DNA from: Amphiscolops sp. MND2022
Taxonomy: Eukaryota
Reading direction: 5' to 3'
Length of the DNA: 64,000 nucleotides
NCBI GenBank assembly: GCA_964187785.1
Contig: OZ076409.1
Location: 80,168,001 to 80,232,000, forward strand
This document shows positions 13,733 through 24,994 of the stretch, in pieces. A model generated the notes under the pieces. That model saw only the letters and a list, made by a program, of their open reading frames with translations. It was not told where the DNA came from and did no database searches. The translations under genes and the position numbers were made by a program. Numbering within the stretch: the first letter of the stretch is position 1; each line of letters starts with the position of its first letter.

Positions 13733-16410
13733 ATGTCAGCTATTTCTTTTCATGATGAAGCACCAAAAAGATCAACCATTTTAGGCCTAAACGTTCAATC
13801 TTTGAGATTCCATCAACCTGACTTAGCTTTGCTTCTCGATACGATGACAAGTAAACCAGACATTATATTATTAACGGAAACTTGGGTAACTGAAAATGAC
13901 CCTATAGATAAGTTGAACATCAAAAGCTATCAACCTTTTGAATCAAAACCTCGAACTTTTTCTAAACGAAGGTCGGGCGGTGTAGGAGCATATTTTTCAG
14001 AGGCATGTGAGTATCAGTCGATCAATTTTGAAACTGTTATCGAATGCGCAATATACCAAGTGACATTTTTTGATAAAAAGATGGTTTTTTGTGTTTTATA
14101 TAGACCCGAGACATTCAGACTAGCCAGATTTTTCGAGGAATTGGAGAAACTACTGTATTTCTTAAGTTCAATGAACCAGGAAATTTTAATCTTCGGAGAT
14201 TTCAACATCGACACACTGAAAGACGAGAAAGCTCAACGAGATTACAAAAATCTGCTAAGTGCTTATAATCTAGGAATAAGAAATTTCGAGCCAACACGGG
14301 TAACACCGACGTCAAAAACGTGTATCGATCATTTTATTACAACTAATTCAATTGAAACTGAAACCTTGCAAACAACAATAAGCGATCATTTCACGGTTTC
14401 CGCTCAAGTATCTCATAATTTAGCAAACAAACAACATGATCCACCATGTGCTAAAGTGCGGAATTTAAAAAACCTTAAAGGGGAAAAGGCACTAAATTTT
14501 CTCTTTCTTCTCGATCAGAAGTTGAAAAAACTCCCACAACATTTGAATGCAAATGATTACATGGACGCATTGGCAAAAACAATCATGGAAACAGTAGATA
14601 AATTTGCACCTGAAAAGCGTGCTGAGAATAATAAAAAACATTTCAAGGAGACTTGGATCACTAACGAAATCAAAAATGCAATTGTAAAAAGGAATATTTT
14701 GTTCGAAAAATGGATTCAAAATCCCGCAAAAACGAATCGCGAACGATACAAAACTGCACGTAATATAGTTACCAAATTAATCCGAAAAGAAAAAAGAAAC
14801 GAAAATTTCAAAAAACTGGGGGAAAATCCAACACCCAAGCAAATCTACAAAACGTTGAAAACGAAGAAAAATCAGGCAGAAAACGCAAATAATCTCCCTG
14901 ACGTTGAAATTTTAAATAATTATTTTCTTTCTGTCGGGTCACTTTTGTCCAAAAAAATTCAAGAAACATCTTCAACTTTCCCTATTGAAATGCAACCAAA
15001 GACTATGCTCTTGAGCGAAACTAATGAACAGGAGATTTCCAAGATCTTATGCAAAATGAAAAACAAGAAGAGTGCAGGTTATGATGGAATCTCAAACGAA
15101 ATTTTGAAATGTTGTTCTCTCATCATTGAATGCTATCTTGCAAAAGCCGTAATCAAATGCATAACAGAAGAAATTTTTCCCGAATGTTTGAAAGTATCGA
15201 AGGTCATTCCTTTGCACAAGAAAGGTGATAAAAAAGAACCAGGAAACTACAGACCTATCAGTTTGTTAAGCCCCTTGAGCAAAGTTTTTGAATCAGTTCT
15301 CCTTAAAAGGATGTTAGGCTTTAGTGAAAAGTGTAAACTCCTATCTTTAAATCAGTTCGGTTTCAGACCTAAAAAGTCATGTATCCACGCGATCGCTAAA
15401 ATTACTGAGTATATCAGAGATTCAATTGATAGAAAGGAAACAGGACAAGCCTGCTTCGTCGATTTGAGTAAAGCATTTGACACGATTGATCATTCAATTT
15501 TATTACGCAAACTGGAAATAAATGGTTTCAGAGGAAAAATTTTCAACCTAATTGAAACTTTCTTAACCAACCGATTACAATACATTGACTCTCTTGACAA
15601 GACATCAACGAAAGGTAAAGTTTTATGAGGTGTTCCACAAGGATCAGTGCTAGGCCCTTTTCTTTTTCTACTGTATATTAATGACCTAGACAATGCTTGC
15701 ACCGAAAGTTCTTTAACAATGTTCGCGGACGACACGACAGTTATCAAAGCAGGTCGTAGAACTGATTCTCTTATCCGCAAAGATGTGAAAGTAATGACCC
15801 ATTGGTTCGATGCTAACAAATTGACAATCAATGTCGATAAATGTGAAGCGATTCATTTTGGAAGGGGCATACCTGATGAAGTTCAGATCAAAGATAACCA
15901 TTTACATTACAAACCCTGTTGCAAATATTTAGGTGTTTACATTGATCCAACGCTGACTTTCAGAGACCACATAGATTATGTTGTGAAAAAACTGAATAAA
16001 TTCTGCGGTTTAATTTACCACGTAAGGCATCTGTACCCTAAAAAATGTTTGTTAATGTTTTACAACGCGTATGCTAAATCGATCATAAGATATGGCTTCT
16101 TAATTTACGGAGCCGCGGCCAAAACTAATCTATCTAGAATTGAGAGTGTACAAAGAAGAATTCTACGAGCTATTTTTTTCAGAAAACGACAAGATTCCTT
16201 GCAAGAAATACTTGCTGTGAACAAAATCAATACTGTCTACGAGCTTTTCTTGAACGAAGTGGTTTCTGAAGTTTTCAAAGAAATGAGATCTGATTCTCCA
16301 TTGAAATTACTAGACTTTGAAAAATTGCCCAAGTCCAACACGACAACAAGATGGAACTCGAAAGGAGTTTTCGCTCCAATTGCGTCTCGAACTGTAGTCA
16401 AGAAAAAATG
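13733..16410 (+). pseudogene. LINE ORF2 (AP endonuclease plus reverse transcriptase), stop at 15626-15628, C-terminus displaced to 35797-35965
   Basis: LNVQSL, TETW, GGV, YRP, GDFNID and SDH motifs (APE). YRPISLL, QFGF, DLSKAFD, *GVPQGSVLGP, FADD and YLGV motifs (RT). Confidence 0.93.
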
Positions 16411-18706
16411 TGTCATGCCAGCATGATGGAAATATAACCTACTAAATATCTGTAATGTAAATATTATGTCTTATGTACTTAGATATGGGCAATATGAAGT
16501 CATATGATAAGAGCTATGGTTGTGAGCAACCCTACGTTACTTGTACCTTAATCCCTATCCCCCTTGAGTTTGAGCTATATATATATTTACTTAATACTGA
16601 GCGCTCTAGTTCCGGTGTCCGCACAAATGATCTTGCCAATGGCCTTTAATGTGCTATCTTATTCAATATTGGTTTGTCACGACAAGGGAGGGAAGTATTT
16701 TCCGGTCAGACTGGACCGAGGGATGCTTAAATGATGAGACGTATAACTTCTACTAGTTCCCCGCCTCAGGGCTTGTAGTCGTGGTAAATTTCACGAAAAG
16801 TTCATCACTAATCCATCAGCGGACTTAGTGATCTTTCAGCTTGATTTACCAGTGAAATTACAGTGCTATTTTACCAAAATTTATCGCAATCACATCGCCA
16901 AGATTGCGGGTGAACAAAAATTGGGACATTTATTTGATTTTATTTAATGATCCATCAGCGGATCTCACGGGACTTTAAAATGCATGAAAACCATCCCATA
17001 CTCATCGCCGTATTGTGATTACTAACTTTCAATGTGCTTCTCGTTTCTTAAAGAGCATAACACATCCATATTTCATCGTCCTGACTAGTAACAGTGAGAA
17101 ATGAGAAAGTACATCCTTAATTCATCCTGAAAAAGAGTGAAGTGCTGGATATCTGTTTTATTTGACTAATTCATCACTAGTTCATCGTCAATTTAGCTCG
17201 CACTACATTTGGCAGATTTATTACACAAGTTCATCGCTAATTCATCGCTAGTTCAACTTGCGCTAGAATTAGCCGAACTTTCAGTTGAGTTCATCCTAAA
17301 CTCATCATTGGGATTTGATACATTAGATTTTGCTGTTTTATTGAATGTATTCATCCTAAACTCATCGTACATTTGTCTTTACTGTAGAATTAGCTGCTAC
17401 ACCTGTTTTATCGACTGAATTCATCCTGAATTCATCGTCAATTTCACTAGTGCTGGAAATTAGTTATTTTCGAGGAGAGTTCATCCTTTTACCATCGTCG
17501 ATTTAAATTGTGCTGGAAATCGTTCATTTTGAAGACGAGTTCATCCTTTTATCATCGTCAGTTTATATCGTGTTGATCTTCGAGCGAAAAGACCACCATT
17601 CATCGCATTTTCATCCAGAGCTAAACTAGACTTGAAAATCAGCAAATATTCTGACAGTTTCATCGCATTTCCATCTTTAATTTTGATGTATTGATTTTGG
17701 TGCTAGAATCAGCGGAAAACATCGTTTTCCCATCCCAAAGTGTGCTTTACCTTAAATTTGCTTGAAATTAGTGCGTTATTGAATAATTTGAGTCCATTTT
17801 AGTTACTATAGAAACCATGATGTTATGTGCAGGCAATTGCGACACTGTAAATTGATGACTAAACACCATTAACACATATAGATGTACCATGGTGCGTGGC
17901 CACTTTGCGGCAGTTCACAACACCGGTCACGTGACTTACCATTTTAGCACCAACTGACAATAGCCAATAAGAGGCGGCTGGTAAGAGATTTAGCGTCTTA
18001 CCAGCCTGAAAAGACACGTGAACTGCTGTAAATTGGGCCGCCATAAGAGACGAAAGAGACCGAATTGCGATTAGCTACCATCCAGTTGGATACTTAACGT
18101 CAAATTTCACCAGATAATACATCTCTATTTCATCTCTGAAAACTGCAAAATCGCAAGCTAACTACTTTCTCGGTACATCTGCAACTGCGATGAAAATTGG
18201 ATGAACTTTCCTATTCATCTTTACTAATTTCCTGCTACTTTCCTGGCGACTTGTTTATTTGTATTAATCATCGATAAAACACCTCTGTTCAAATTTAGTG
18301 AATTAGAGATCAAAAAATCAGATAAAACAGCAAAATACATCGCGATAACACCTCAGATAATCCAGTCTTCACTCATAATTCTTTTCTCCCATCTCTATGA
18401 ACCCAGATCAAGGCACTGAACTCAGAAGCGGAAGAATTATTAGTTCCTCGTTAGAAACACCTGTTCCAACCGATCCAGACATGGCCCAGTCGTCCGCCAA
18501 TGACTCCGGTAGTAACGAAACTTCAGATATCTCGTCTCAGTTGTCTGAAATAAGAGAGAGTTATGAAGGAAAAATAAACGAGCTACAAAATGAGTTTAGT
18601 CAACTGAAGGACTTAATGATGGCTGTCATAAGTAAGACAGACAGCGAAAATCGACCATCAACTTCGGAAGGTCCTTCAAAGCCGGCCCACACGGTGGGGC
18701 TCGACA
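16411..18706 (+). repeat. Element A 5' LTR
   Basis: Direct repeat of 33496-35791 with about 11 substitutions counted by eye. Confidence 0.97.
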
Positions 18707-19902
18707 TGGTGACAGGAGTTACAGAAACCCGCTCCACCCGCCCGACATCCAGCTTCACAAACTTCAGGCGATACCAGGAAGACGACTCGGACGAAGAAGG
18801 TGAATCAACTCCTAGAAGCAATGAGGAACGACTACTCAATGCAATCGAGACGATCCCCCAACGAATCAAAAGCACCACCACCAACACGAAATTACTACAG
18901 ACACACGTCCCAAATTTCAGAGGCCAAAAAGACAAATTCGTGGAATTCGAGCACCTTCTCCTCAACCACCTGAGCCCGCTCGCCAACAAAATCACCGAAG
19001 AGAACAAACTCCACTTCTTTCAAAGCCTTTTGAGAGATGATGCAATAGAGTACTGGCAATCCATCCAGATAACACCACTAACAACGCTGAAAGATGTGCT
19101 CGACCTCTTCAGGAAAGAATTCGCGAAAGAGGATCTTAAAGAAGTAGCTCGATACAAATGGGATCAAGCCCGTTACGATCCCACCACAGAAACATTCAGC
19201 GACTTCCTCAAAAACTTGAAAAAGATTGCAAAACAAGCATTTGGGGAAGAAGCGGACAAAATCATCAAGATGTTCTTGTTCGGCAAACTCCCAGTCGAAA
19301 TACAACAAGAACTTACGATGGCCAATAAGGAGGAGAGCTCACCAGAAGAAATCAAGACATACTTGATGAGAAAGTACCAGTACCAACAGTACGTTGCGCC
19401 ACCTACGACAATTCAACCATTTAACACGGTCACCTCCTCGGTCCCAACGACCAACACAACGATTAAACCAGCAACAACGACGACAACACAACCGACAGAA
19501 CGAAAACGATTTGAGGGACAATGCTTCTACTGCGGAAAGACAGGTCACCGCAAAACAGAATGCCGCGCCCGACAACGTGACGAAGCAAACGGCATTAAGA
19601 AAGAAGATGCAATTCCGATGAAGAAAGCAACCGACACAGACAAACCGAAGTACAATCCCAAGCTGGTTTGCCAGATTTGTGGATACACCGGCCACTCTGG
19701 AAGAGACTGCAGGCGACGCATTCCCAAGGAAAGCAGCTCTGCATATGGAAAGATTCCATACACAACAAATTCACAGGACGACAACAAGGCTAGACGACAA
19801 GATTTAAAACGACAGCAAAAACCGATGAATCCAATGCAAGCAATTACTGAAGACGACGAACAACTAAGCTACTCTGATGAAGACATTAACCAGGGTTTTT
19901 GA
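18397..19902 (+). CDS. gag: Element A Gag (501 aa), starting inside the 5' LTR; two CCHC zinc knuckles
   Basis: Capsid-like PNFRG...KLHFFQSLLRDDA segment; knuckles CFYCGKTGHRKTEC and CQICGYTGHSGRDC. Confidence 0.93.
   Translation: MNPDQGTELRSGRIISSSLETPVPTDPDMAQSSANDSGSNETSDISSQLSEIRESYEGKINELQNEFSQLKDLMMAVISKTDSENRPSTSEGPSKPAHTVGLDMVTGVTETRSTRPTSSFTNFRRYQEDDSDEEGESTPRSNEERLLNAIETIPQRIKSTTTNTKLLQTHVPNFRGQKDKFVEFEHLLLNHLSPLANKITEENKLHFFQSLLRDDAIEYWQSIQITPLTTLKDVLDLFRKEFAKEDLKEVARYKWDQARYDPTTETFSDFLKNLKKIAKQAFGEEADKIIKMFLFGKLPVEIQQELTMANKEESSPEEIKTYLMRKYQYQQYVAPPTTIQPFNTVTSSVPTTNTTIKPATTTTTQPTERKRFEGQCFYCGKTGHRKTECRARQRDEANGIKKEDAIPMKKATDTDKPKYNPKLVCQICGYTGHSGRDCRRRIPKESSSAYGKIPYTTNSQDDNKARRQDLKRQQKPMNPMQAITEDDEQLSYSDEDINQGF
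18707..18720 (+). promoter_or_regulatory. Element A primer-binding site TGGTGACAGGAGTT (tRNA-Leu-like)
   Basis: Abuts the LTR CA; the 14-mer is identical in element B; close to the TGGTGTCAGGAGT complement of tRNA-Leu(CAG). Confidence 0.8.
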
Positions 19903-22900
19903 TTCAGCCACGATTTCTGCCCGCTACAAATGACACGCGCGACAACCGACTAACGACTCAACAACCGACTCACAACCGTCCAATGAAGAAATGGCAGCCT
20001 TCACTGGACAAACGACCGAAAGCTGATGATGTCTATCAGCGAAGAATTTTCAACGATGAAAAAGCGATGGGAAATGCACGTCAACTCAACGGCAGCCGCT
20101 TTTCTCCACTCGCTGAAATCAACGATGAACAAACGATGAACGGGCAACCAGACACCATGAGGCAGGTGGACGATGCCAAAGAGATGGAAACCAACCATCT
20201 AGACGACGACTCAACTTCACACTCAACTATCGACCAACGGCTTAGTATTAAAAAAACATGCAAAACAGAGTAGTATTAAAGTTTCAAAAGCTAAAAAACA
20301 TGCAACTAAAACAGAAATTCACGTTCTCAGTCCCACTTTACACTTAAACAAGAAAGATAAAATGCTTTACGTCCCTCTACAGTTTGATAAATACGAAAAC
20401 AGCGCACTTTTAGACACAGGTGCAATTCAAAGCGCAATGTCTGAAGCAGAATTGCGAAAAATAACAACGGCCCATCCAGAAGCCATCCTTCAAGAACTCC
20501 CCCCTCCGAATTTCAAAATTCAAATAGCAAACGGGAACTTAGTCCCAGTGCGTAAGCAAGTCCTACTTAGATTTTACGTTGCTGGAAAATTCTTTGAAGA
20601 AACGTTCCTAATCCTTCCAACAATGGGCACAATTTTAATTGGAATGTCATTCTTTGAAAAGTACTCAGTCAATTTAGACATAAAAAACCATCTTGTCCAC
20701 TTCCCTAATCACATGATGTCCATGCAAGTTAGACAGCAAAAGAACAACAGATTCAAAACTGGTTTAATTGATTTGTGTTCCAGTACCAGAACAGTGATCC
20801 CTCCTCTCCATCAAGTGATGATACAGGTCCACAGCGACGCGGACATCTCACTTACAACTGGTACAGTTGAGGGCTCACCTGGATTCATGCGAAAGACGTG
20901 TTTGCTTGTTTCCCCAGCTTTGGTTGACCTAGACGAGGGCAAGACGACAATCCAGGTCACCAACCCGAACAACCACACGTTCACACTTGATGCCAACACC
21001 ACTCTGGCACACTTTCGCATACCGACACCACATCAGGCGGCAAACATCACACCCATGCCAGTCGAACACTTGAACCTGATCACCAAGTACCCAGATGAGG
21101 CGGAAGCAGTGATCAACCAACTGTTCGTGAACCCTGAAATGAAGTCAACTAAGTGGTACCCAACTCCCGAGACGTGCAGTGAGCCAGACAAACTCAACGC
21201 AATTGAGCGACGAATCTATGATGAGATTCTGGCACTGCGAGAGCTCGAGAAGCTTGACCCGTCCCAATCCGATGAACAACGGATGAACTTCCTGAAGAAC
21301 TTCAACTGGGACGACTCGCTTCTTACTCCGTCTCAACGGTTACAGGTAGAGGAGTTGCTGGTAAAGTACAACTCCATTTTTGCTAGACATCGTTTTGATA
21401 TTGGCATGAACACTGATTTTAAAGTTAAGCTAACACCCCAACATGAAGAACCTGTTTATTCACAAAGTCTCCCTACTCCGACAAATTTGAAGGACGATTT
21501 ACTCGTGGAGTTAGCTTTAATGCAAGAGTACGGGATCATAACTACTTTGCCTCATAGCAAATACTCATCTCCGATATTTGCTCAACGTAAACCAAATGGT
21601 AAATTGAGGATTTTAGTTGACTTGAGAAGAATAAACCACTTGATCAAAAACGATTACGGTGAACACAACCATCCCGTAACAACAATTGCTGATGCTGCCC
21701 AACACATGGTCGGGAAAAAGTATTTCTGTAAACTTGATTGTTCCCAGGCCTACCATTGCATTCCAATGGCCGATGAGCAGTCTGTCCAACTGTTATCGTT
21801 TAATTTTGGTTCTAGAACTTTTGCCTTTTTACGCCTGGCCCAAGGTCTTAACCGTTCATTGTCAGCATTCACAAGTGTAGTCCGTGAGTATTTGGACCCC
21901 TTGGTCAAAGCGGACCGATGTGCTCAATATGTTGATGACATTGGAATTGCAGCACACACCCCTGACGAACTGATTAATAACCTTGAACTTGTTTTTCAGC
22001 AGCTGAACAAAGCCGGTCTTAAACTTAGCATGAGTAAATGTGAATTTGGACAAAAGCAAATTGAGTACTTGGGAAAAACCATTTCTAGCACCGGTATTGC
22101 TCCCATTGAGAAACGAGTAACTGACTATCTGACCAAATTGAAACCCCCCAACTCAGTGAAAGCGTTGCAACGTTATCTTGGTTTTGTAAACTTTTACAGG
22201 TCTTATATTCCCCGACTAGCTGATAAAACTTGTTGTTTACAGGAATTAATCAAGAAGGACGTCCCTTTCAAACTGAATCAACAACATAAAGATGCTATTT
22301 TTGAAATCAATGAAAGTTTGTTAAAAGCAACAAAAGTGTCTCTGAAATTGCCATTACCTGATAAACAATTGGTAATCATGTGTGACGCCAGCGAACACGC
22401 TGCCGGCTATGTTTTTTAAATTGAGGATTATGCTGACCCGTCAGTCAAACAAACATACGCCCCTGTTGCATTTGGCTCTAAGAAATTTCAGGGCGGCCAG
22501 ATGTCTCTAACAATGTATGCCAAAGAGTTTTTAGCTATGCACTTTGCCTTCGATGAACTTGGCCACATTCTGTGGGGTGCGAAAAAACCCATCATTGTTA
22601 TGACTGACAATAAGGCCTTGACTAGATTTTTTCAGGCGAAGCATATCCCGCCTTCACTTTGGAATTTTTGCGACCAAACCCTTCAGTTCAATTTTCTATT
22701 AGCACATGTTCCAGGAGTTGAAAATCCCGCAGCGGATTACTTATCTCGGCTTGAGATTAGACCTGAAGACCGTGTACATTTAAAATTGACTGATACTATT
22801 CCAATTCACAGGATCGAGGATCGACATCGCCTCCCGTACACCAAAACAGGAGGAAGACGAGCCTGATTACTTTCCCACGAGCGAACCACTCAGATGCAAA

Positions 22901-24994
22901 CGCCAGAAGGATGTCAAAGAGATGAAATTGGCAACTGGCACTGACGTGGCTCATGACGATGGGAAAGGGATGAAGTTCACCAACTGTGAGAGAACAGCGG
23001 CCTCAGATGACTTCGCGACTGACAACCATCTGACGTACCGCCTCACAGACGTGGACGAGCCAATTCAACTCTCGCAATTCATCCGTAAAGTATCATTATC
23101 ACGCCCGGTAATGAGTCAGGTTAGCCCCGCTGAGGATATCGATCTAATTCAGGTCCAGAAAAATAACTGGGTTATTCAAAAAATGATTAGATTTTTAGAA
23201 GGTACTGAAATTTTGCAACACCCAGTTAATATGCAAGATCAGTTTTTTCAAAAGTTGCACAAAAATCGAAAACGCCTACAAGTCGTAAACGGTGTCCTGT
23301 ACAGACAGTTTTTTGATCACACGGGACTGGAGTCTCACAAGCAGCTAGTTGTTCCTGAAGACTGTATTTTGAAAATAATTAGGACTCTACATAACAGCCC
23401 GGTACAAGGACACCCTGGTTTAAAGAAAATGTTGTATGAACTTCGTAAAAGATTTTACTCTCCTAACTTAGCCTGTGAAGTTCAAAAAGTCCTTGACGGA
23501 TGTGAAAACTGCATGAAGTCTAAAAGTGTAAAAGAAACGCAACTACGTCCACCGTTACAAAAAATCTACGACCCGTGCGACGGACCAGAAGACCTATTGG
23601 AAATAGACATCGTTGGTCCACTCCCGGCGTCGAACGGTTTCACACACATTCTGACGGCTGTTGACGTTTTTTCACGCTACCTGTTCGCCGTTCCGCTGAA
23701 GAGACCTGATACACATTCCGTAGTCAGAGGATTACTGTCGATCTTCACGAAACACGCGTATGTGCCCCAGCACATTCTGACGGACAAGGGCACGGCGTTC
23801 ACGGCTGAACTTCTGTCTGAAATCGCGAAAGCGGCTGATATTCACATCTCCCATGCCACGATAAAGCACGCACAGACAATAGGCATGGTGGAGAGAACGC
23901 ACGCGAAACTGAAAAAGATCCTTAAAATTAGTGTAAACGCAGACCGACCACAATGGGACCGCTATGTCGACATAGCAATCATGGCCCATAACACAACGTA
24001 TCATGATTCACTGAAATGTTCACCAACTGAAATTTTCCACGGAAGAACACCATACAACACACTAGATCTGCAATTCCGAAACGCAAACAAACCGGCTGAA
24101 ACAAAGTGCAAGGACGTGAACGAAATTCTAGACAAAATGAACTTCATCTTCAGAGACAATCTAGATAACATCATTTCCGCCTATCATAAGTACAAAACGT
24201 ACTATGATAGAAAAGCACGAGCACAGCCACTGAAGGTGAATGAATTTGTGTTCCTACTAGATCCTAAGTACGACTCTCAGAGAAGCAAAGAAGAGTTTAA
24301 AACTTTCCATTGGAAAGGACCGTACAAGGTGATTAAAGTGCTATCCGATAGCAACTACATCATCCGCAAAGTAGGCACACACCAAACTCAGTGCGTACAT
24401 CGCATGCGACTGAGATTGTTCAAACCGGAATTTCCGATTGATGACATCAACGTGTCCAAACATCTCTACCCAGACACTGAAAGGGTTGAAGACACGGACA
24501 TTTTCGACTCGACTATTCCGACGACCGACGAAGTAGATCAGAATGAGAATGACAATCTAGATCAAGACTTAGTCGAAGAAGAGCCTTCAGAAGAAATAAT
24601 TCCGCAGGTACAAGAACAACACAGTCCACAAGTAATTCCACCAGAAATAACCACGAGAATAGAGTATCAACAAGTAGAAACTGACCACAACAACTTTCGA
24701 CCACCTACAGTTAGATTTGGAACGCAAGAGGAAATTATTCTACCGCCCCCCCGCGATGAAAGTAGGATAAGAGTACCTCTGAGAGACGAACAACACGAAA
24801 ATCAGTCACAACAGACAAACACGCAAAGTGAAGATGAGGAAAGGATGAGTTCTAGACCTTCTAGAAACAATCAAAGTAGGAACAGGTTACGCGAAAACCC
24901 TACACCGAAAAAATATCCTGACTTCCTTATTCATGAGATTACATCAGCCAGAAACTCTCTGAGAAAGACCAACAAAGTAAACGTAACGAGTTAG
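19890..24994 (+). pseudogene. pol: Element A Pol (PR-RT-RNaseH-integrase) in the -1 frame; disrupted by +1 indels near 20250 and 22818 and a stop at 22417-22419
   Basis: LLDTGA (protease), AQYVDD (RT), CDAS and TDNK (RNase H), H-H-CxxC with IDIVGP, TDKG and MVER (integrase), and a GPY motif. Confidence 0.95.

Larger units (their letters stand above)
12770..16410 (+). mobile_element. Near full-length CR1/L2-group LINE, 5' part (interrupted at 16410 by element A)
   Basis: ORF1 followed by an APE-RT ORF2. The sequence resumes in frame at 35797 after element A and its TSD. The 5' end is approximate. Confidence 0.9.

Noticed and set aside
17209..17418. 69-aa ORF repeated in both element A LTRs (also 34294-34503)
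   Set aside because: TTG start, overlies the CATC motif array, no domain; its duplication simply reflects LTR identity.
17112..17735. CRISPR-like appearance of the periodic LTR array
   Set aside because: Eukaryotic context, only 4+4 conserved bases per unit and no cas genes.
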